64,000 nucleotides of DNA from Ostreococcus lucimarinus (lineage: Eukaryota). The stretch's first letter is position 1, and every line of letters starts with the position of its first letter. Below are positions 60,376 through 64,000 of the stretch, in pieces. The notes beneath the pieces are model-generated. The model saw nothing but the letters and a program-made list of their open reading frames with translations. It was not told the DNA's origin and did not search any database. The position numbers and the translations under genes are program-made. The stretch lies in the NCBI GenBank assembly GCA_000092065.1, contig CP000594.1. One strand, given 5' to 3'.

Positions 60376-61095
60376 ATGCGCGCGGTGCCGTGCACGTGCA
60401 AGCGCGGCGCGGCGTCCGCGCAGCGGCGCAAGCTGGAGAAGCGCCGGGACGCGCGCGAGGTCGAGCTCGAGCGCGCGCGAAGGCTCGAGGCTCGAGCGCG
60501 CGCCGAGGCGTTTCGACCGCCCGCGCCGGCGCCGGCGGCGACGAGCGAGCGAGAGGCGACGGCGCGCGTCGAGGAGGCGCGCGATGACGCGCGCGCGAGC
60601 GGAGAGGCGCTGCGACGGGCGAAGGAGGAGGCGAGGGCGAGCGAGGCGTGGGACCCGAACCGAGGGTATAAAAAGTTTCCAAACGTGACGGCGCTCTTCG
60701 CGGAGTACGACGCGAAACGCGCGCGATGGGTGGAGACGAAGCTCGAACGCGCGCTGACGATTTGGGGTGAGGTGACGGGGGGGGAGTTTAAGACGCTGGA
60801 GGCGTTTAATTGGTACTACGGGGAGGATTTGGACGCGCGCGACGGCGCGAACGCGAAATCCGTGACGTACATGCTGCCCGCGGTGATGAAAGCGTCGGCA
60901 CCGCGCGCGGTGGCGGAGATATGCGAAGTCGCGTGTCGCATCGGTGCGCCGAGAAGCGGTGCGATCGATTTAGGGGACAAGCTGCGCGCGCAGGCGGTGG
61001 CGAAGCTTGAAGAGGCGGCGGAGTTTGATTTGCTCGAAGACGACGAGTTGGAGACGCTCGAGGCGTTGAGGAGTTGGGTCGTGGAGGAAAAGTAG
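60376..61095 (+). CDS. Hypothetical protein (239 aa): charged/coiled N-terminal half and a globular C-terminal half.
   Basis: ORF with protein-like C-terminal region (WDPNRGYKKFPNVTALFAEYDAKRARWVETKLERALTIWGEVTGGEFKTLEAFNWYYGED...). Two TGTAA motifs at 61129-61138 downstream. No family recognised. Confidence 0.35.
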   Translation: MRAVPCTCKRGAASAQRRKLEKRRDAREVELERARRLEARARAEAFRPPAPAPAATSEREATARVEEARDDARASGEALRRAKEEARASEAWDPNRGYKKFPNVTALFAEYDAKRARWVETKLERALTIWGEVTGGEFKTLEAFNWYYGEDLDARDGANAKSVTYMLPAVMKASAPRAVAEICEVACRIGAPRSGAIDLGDKLRAQAVAKLEEAAEFDLLEDDELETLEALRSWVVEEK

Positions 61096-61210
61096 GTGGG
61101 AAGAAAACTTCTGTGTTGATGTATTTATTGTAATGTAAGAACTCGGTTGCGTTGAAGAATTCATTACGCGGGCTTTTCGGTGCAAAAAAGTACGCTCGCG
61201 CGGGTGCGTT

Positions 61211-62103
61211 TTAAAGCGCCGTCGGGCGCCCACCGTCGACGCCGTCGCTCGACGCCTCGGCGGAGGCGCTCAAAAACCCTTGCGCCCACGCCTCGTCGCG
61301 ACTCCATCCGTCCTTTCCAGATGAAATCGAATTCACCGCCGTGGGCTTGGGTTCAGACGTGTACGACGGTCTAGCGCTCTCGACGCGCGAACCGACGGCG
61401 TCGAGAAGATCGTTCGCCCACGGCGCGCCCGGCATCACTCCCGACAGATTGGGATCGGCGAAGTGGGTCTCATCTTTCGGAGCCACCACGTACTCTCCCA
61501 ATCGACGCTTGATCGCGTTCAGAGCCATCTCCGCTCGAAGCGTGCGCTTTTCAAGTCTTCTGTTCTCCGCGTTCAAGCTGAGCACTTCGCGCTCGAGCGA
61601 AAAGTCGTCCACGAGCATCTTCGCGCGCTCTAAGTGCATTTGCTCCACCTTCGCCCGCAACCGCTTGCGGTCGGCGCGCGCGGGCCAACCGAGAACCAAA
61701 TTCCCAAAAAAAGCGCCGAAAAACCCACCCTTCATCACCCGTCGCGTCTCCGGCTTGAGATTCATCCACTCCTTTCTAATCGGCTCCGTCACCGGCTTCA
61801 ACAAATTATTAATCTGCCTCGCCGTCGGCCCAAAGTGATCGACCGCCACGTTCATCGACGGCTGTATCAACTTCGCCTTCTCATTCATCTCCTTCGTCAC
61901 CACGTTCTGCGTCGACTGCGCCCACGTCGCCGTCGTCGCCGTCGCTCGTCTCGTCAGCTCGCTCGCCTTGTCGAACCACTTCCCCCACCCCCCGCCCTTG
62001 CCGTCGCCACCGCTCGCGCTCGTCGAGGCCCCACCGCTCGCGCTCTGCGCGCCGCTCGCGCCGTTCGGTTCCTTGATCGACCGCACCGCGCGTCCGCGCG
62101 CGC

Positions 62104-62140
<37 letters not shown>

Positions 62141-62317
62141 GCGTCGTCCCGTCCCTCGTCGTCGCGCGCCGTCGTCGCGCGTCGTCGCGCGTCCGCGAAA
62201 CGCGCCGGGTGCGCCGCGATCGAGTCCGCGCGCGCCGAGTCCGCGCGGCGGCGGCAGCATGGCGCCGCCGTCGTCGCGCGTCGGCGTGCGCGGACGCGCG
62301 ACGACGCGTCGCGTCAA
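61211..62317 (-). CDS. Hypothetical coiled-coil protein with a poly-Thr tract; start uncertain.
   Basis: C-terminal two-thirds look protein-like (KWFDKASELTRR...MKGGFFGAFFGNLVLGWPARADRKRLRAKVEQMHLERAKMLVDDFSLEREVLSLNAENRRLEKRTLRAEMALNAIKRRLGEYVV...). The N-terminal part is Arg/Gly-rich and may be non-coding. Confidence 0.35.
62105..62140 (-). repeat. (CGT)12 trinucleotide repeat encoding 12 consecutive Thr in the minus-strand ORF.
   Basis: cgtcgtcgtcgtcgtcgtcgtcgtcgtcgtcgtcgt, visible directly. Confidence 0.8.
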
Positions 62318-62596
62318 CGGCTCGGTCGGACGAGGACCGCTACACAGCGCAATTGGAGGTACTTTATGACCTCAGCGTTCATATTAGGACGGTGCGTGTA
62401 CCTATTTACCGGACGAGGACTGCGTCGTATCGGTAAACAGTGCGAGCGACTGACGCTTCAGTCGCGGTCGCGCGACGGACCCGTCGTCGCGCCGCGGCGC
62501 GCGCGACGGACCGCGAGCGAGGCGTCGTCCGTCGCTCGACGTCCGCGCGGCGTTCGCGCGCGCGATCGAGGCGCGCGCGCGTCGCGACGGACGACG

Positions 62597-64000
62597 ATGG
62601 TGTTCGAGCGGTTGTTGGCGGACCAACTGAACGCGAGGCTCGGGCGCGTGCTCGAGGGCGTCGATCGCGACGACGTGCGCGTGGGCGTGCTGAACGGAGA
62701 CGTGCGGATACGGCGGGTGCGGGTGCGGGCGTCGGCGCTGACGAAGATATTGGACGAGCCGAGCGCGCGGGTGCGGTGCGGATTCGTGGACGAGCTGCGC
62801 GTGCGCGTGCCGTGGAGGAACTTGGGGAAGGAGGCGGTGCGAGTGACGTTTCACGGGGTGTACGTCGTGGGGGAGATCGATGTGAACGGAGACGACGAGG
62901 CGCGGGAGAGCGAGGAGGAGCGGAGGGAGAGACAGCGGGTGAAGGCGTTGAGGACGGCGCGCAGGGCGGCGGACGCGGCGGAGCGGGCGTGGTTGAAGTG
63001 GAATCCGGCGGTGAACGCGGAGGCTTTGGAGGCGGAGGACGGCAGGGAGAGCGCGCAGGATGGGGTGAGGAAGAGGAGCGCGATCGCTGGGCTCATCGAC
63101 GTCGCCCTGGCGAACGTTCTGATTGAAATTTCAAACGTGCACGTCAGAATCGAGGGCGAGTACGGAGCGGGCGTTCCGTGGGGAATGGGACTCGTGCTCG
63201 AACGCGTGTCGCTGACGACCGTTGGAGAAGATTTCGAAAATGACTTCAAAGTCGGCGGTTTCGCCGACAGTTTACGAAAGATGATTGCGTTAGAGCGCGT
63301 CGGCGTGTACGCCGATTTCAATTCGCCGTCAGTCGCGTCAGAGACGCCGGACGGTTGGCGAGGCATCCGCGAAGACCAATTCGTGCGGCAAATGTCCGCG
63401 GTCTTCAATACCGAGGTTGGCGAGCGCATGAAAGAAGGCACCAGCGGCGATGTCGTGATACCGCAATCGTACGTATTCGGACCGTTACGAGGAACGGCGA
63501 CGTACGCGAGAAGAGGTCACGCCGAGGACACCAACACGCCGCTGCATCAATTACGGATGGATATAAATTCTATTCAAATCAGCATCAAGTCAACGCAGCT
63601 TAAGGTGTTTTACAACATGTACTCCAATTTACGCACCAGTCGCGTGCGGTACACGTATGCGCATATACGCCCAAGGGTCGGCGTCAAAGGAAATGCGCGT
63701 TTATGGTGGCGTTTCGCGGGCGCCGGCGTTCAGATGCACGTCGACGAAATACGTAAACGGCGTGGATTGGACTTTAAATCTAGTGTTAGCGCTATGGTGC
63801 GCATAACTGAGGCTCGCCAGCGTTATATTCCTTTATACGTCAAGCATTTGCGCTCTGCACCGCCACCTCCAGAGTGTCTAATCGCCGAACGCGCCGAGCG
63901 ACGCAATAAGCTTTGGCCACCTAAACTGAAGATTGGGATGTCGACAGAAATTGATGAAATCGAAGAAGGTATTCCCCTGCAGAGTATTATTACTTTCCGA
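62597..64000 (+). CDS. VPS13: VPS13-like protein, N-terminal Chorein-N domain; 3'-partial (continues beyond the window end).
   Basis: MVFERLLADQLNARLGRVLEGVDRDDVRVGVLNGDVRIRRVRVRASALTKILDEPSARVRCGFVDELRVRVPWRNLGKEAVRVTFHGVYVV matches the VPS13 N-terminus (MVFESVVVDVLNRFLGDYV...IPWKNL...). The frame stays open to position 64000. Confidence 0.75.
   Translation, partial: MVFERLLADQLNARLGRVLEGVDRDDVRVGVLNGDVRIRRVRVRASALTKILDEPSARVRCGFVDELRVRVPWRNLGKEAVRVTFHGVYVVGEIDVNGDDEARESEEERRERQRVKALRTARRAADAAERAWLKWNPAVNAEALEAEDGRESAQDGVRKRSAIAGLIDVALANVLIEISNVHVRIEGEYGAGVPWGMGLVLERVSLTTVGEDFENDFKVGGFADSLRKMIALERVGVYADFNSPSVASETPDGWRGIREDQFVRQMSAVFNTEVGERMKEGTSGDVVIPQSYVFGPLRGTATYARRGHAEDTNTPLHQLRMDINSIQISIKSTQLKVFYNMYSNLRTSRVRYTYAHIRPRVGVKGNARLWWRFAGAGVQMHVDEIRKRRGLDFKSSVSAMVRITEARQRYIPLYVKHLRSAPPPPECLIAERAERRNKLWPPKLKIGMSTEIDEIEEGIPLQSIITFR

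Overview
This 64 kb window is GC-rich nuclear DNA from a eukaryote with a compact genome, most likely a prasinophyte-type green alga (Micromonas/Ostreococcus-like). I judge this from three things the sequence shows directly. (1) The recognisable proteins are typically eukaryotic and many are plastid-related: RPL5, RPL27a, ARL8, TFB5, LIN9, ATG101, Tudor-SN, VPS13, a CDPK, SQD2, PsbP-like, KASII and an HMA1-like P-type ATPase. (2) At least eight genes carry spliceosomal introns with a very regular signature: 5' GTGCG[T/C/A] (or GTACGT), an ACTGAC branch site 20-55 nt upstream, and a 3' CAG/TAG. (3) TGTAA poly(A) signals sit just after several stop codons. About 43 protein-coding genes are packed on both strands with intergenic spacers of 10-700 bp. 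Noncoding DNA (introns, UTRs, spacers) is even more GC-rich (CGCG-rich) than coding DNA, which produces many long spurious Arg/Ala-rich ORFs in the six-frame track. The supplied ORF track also uses alternative start codons (GTG/TTG), so ORF-track starts are unreliable. I adjusted several starts and reconstructed two-exon models for RPL5, RPL27a, ADH3, ARL8, Pcc1, the 3R-MYB, the ARID protein and Tudor-SN. I found no CRISPR arrays, no rRNA, no obvious tRNA or mobile element, and no prokaryotic-style defence system. The most interesting items are listed below. First, two apparent gene fusions: a P1B heavy-metal ATPase joined to a HupE/UreJ-type Ni/Co permease through an (HS)8 linker, and the sulfolipid synthase SQD2 joined to a DedA/TVP38 domain. 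Second, an adjacent convergent pair of glutathione-dependent formaldehyde-detoxification genes (S-formylglutathione hydrolase and ADH3), with a GST nearby. Third, the highly constrained intron architecture. Fourth, one frameshifted ORF, several small conserved genes that are easy to miss (TFB5, Pcc1, SRP9-like, mL41, ATG101), and a pseudokinase-like ULK4/RUNKEL homolog. All coordinates are 1-based in this window. Intron and exon boundaries were mapped by hand and may be off by a few bases.
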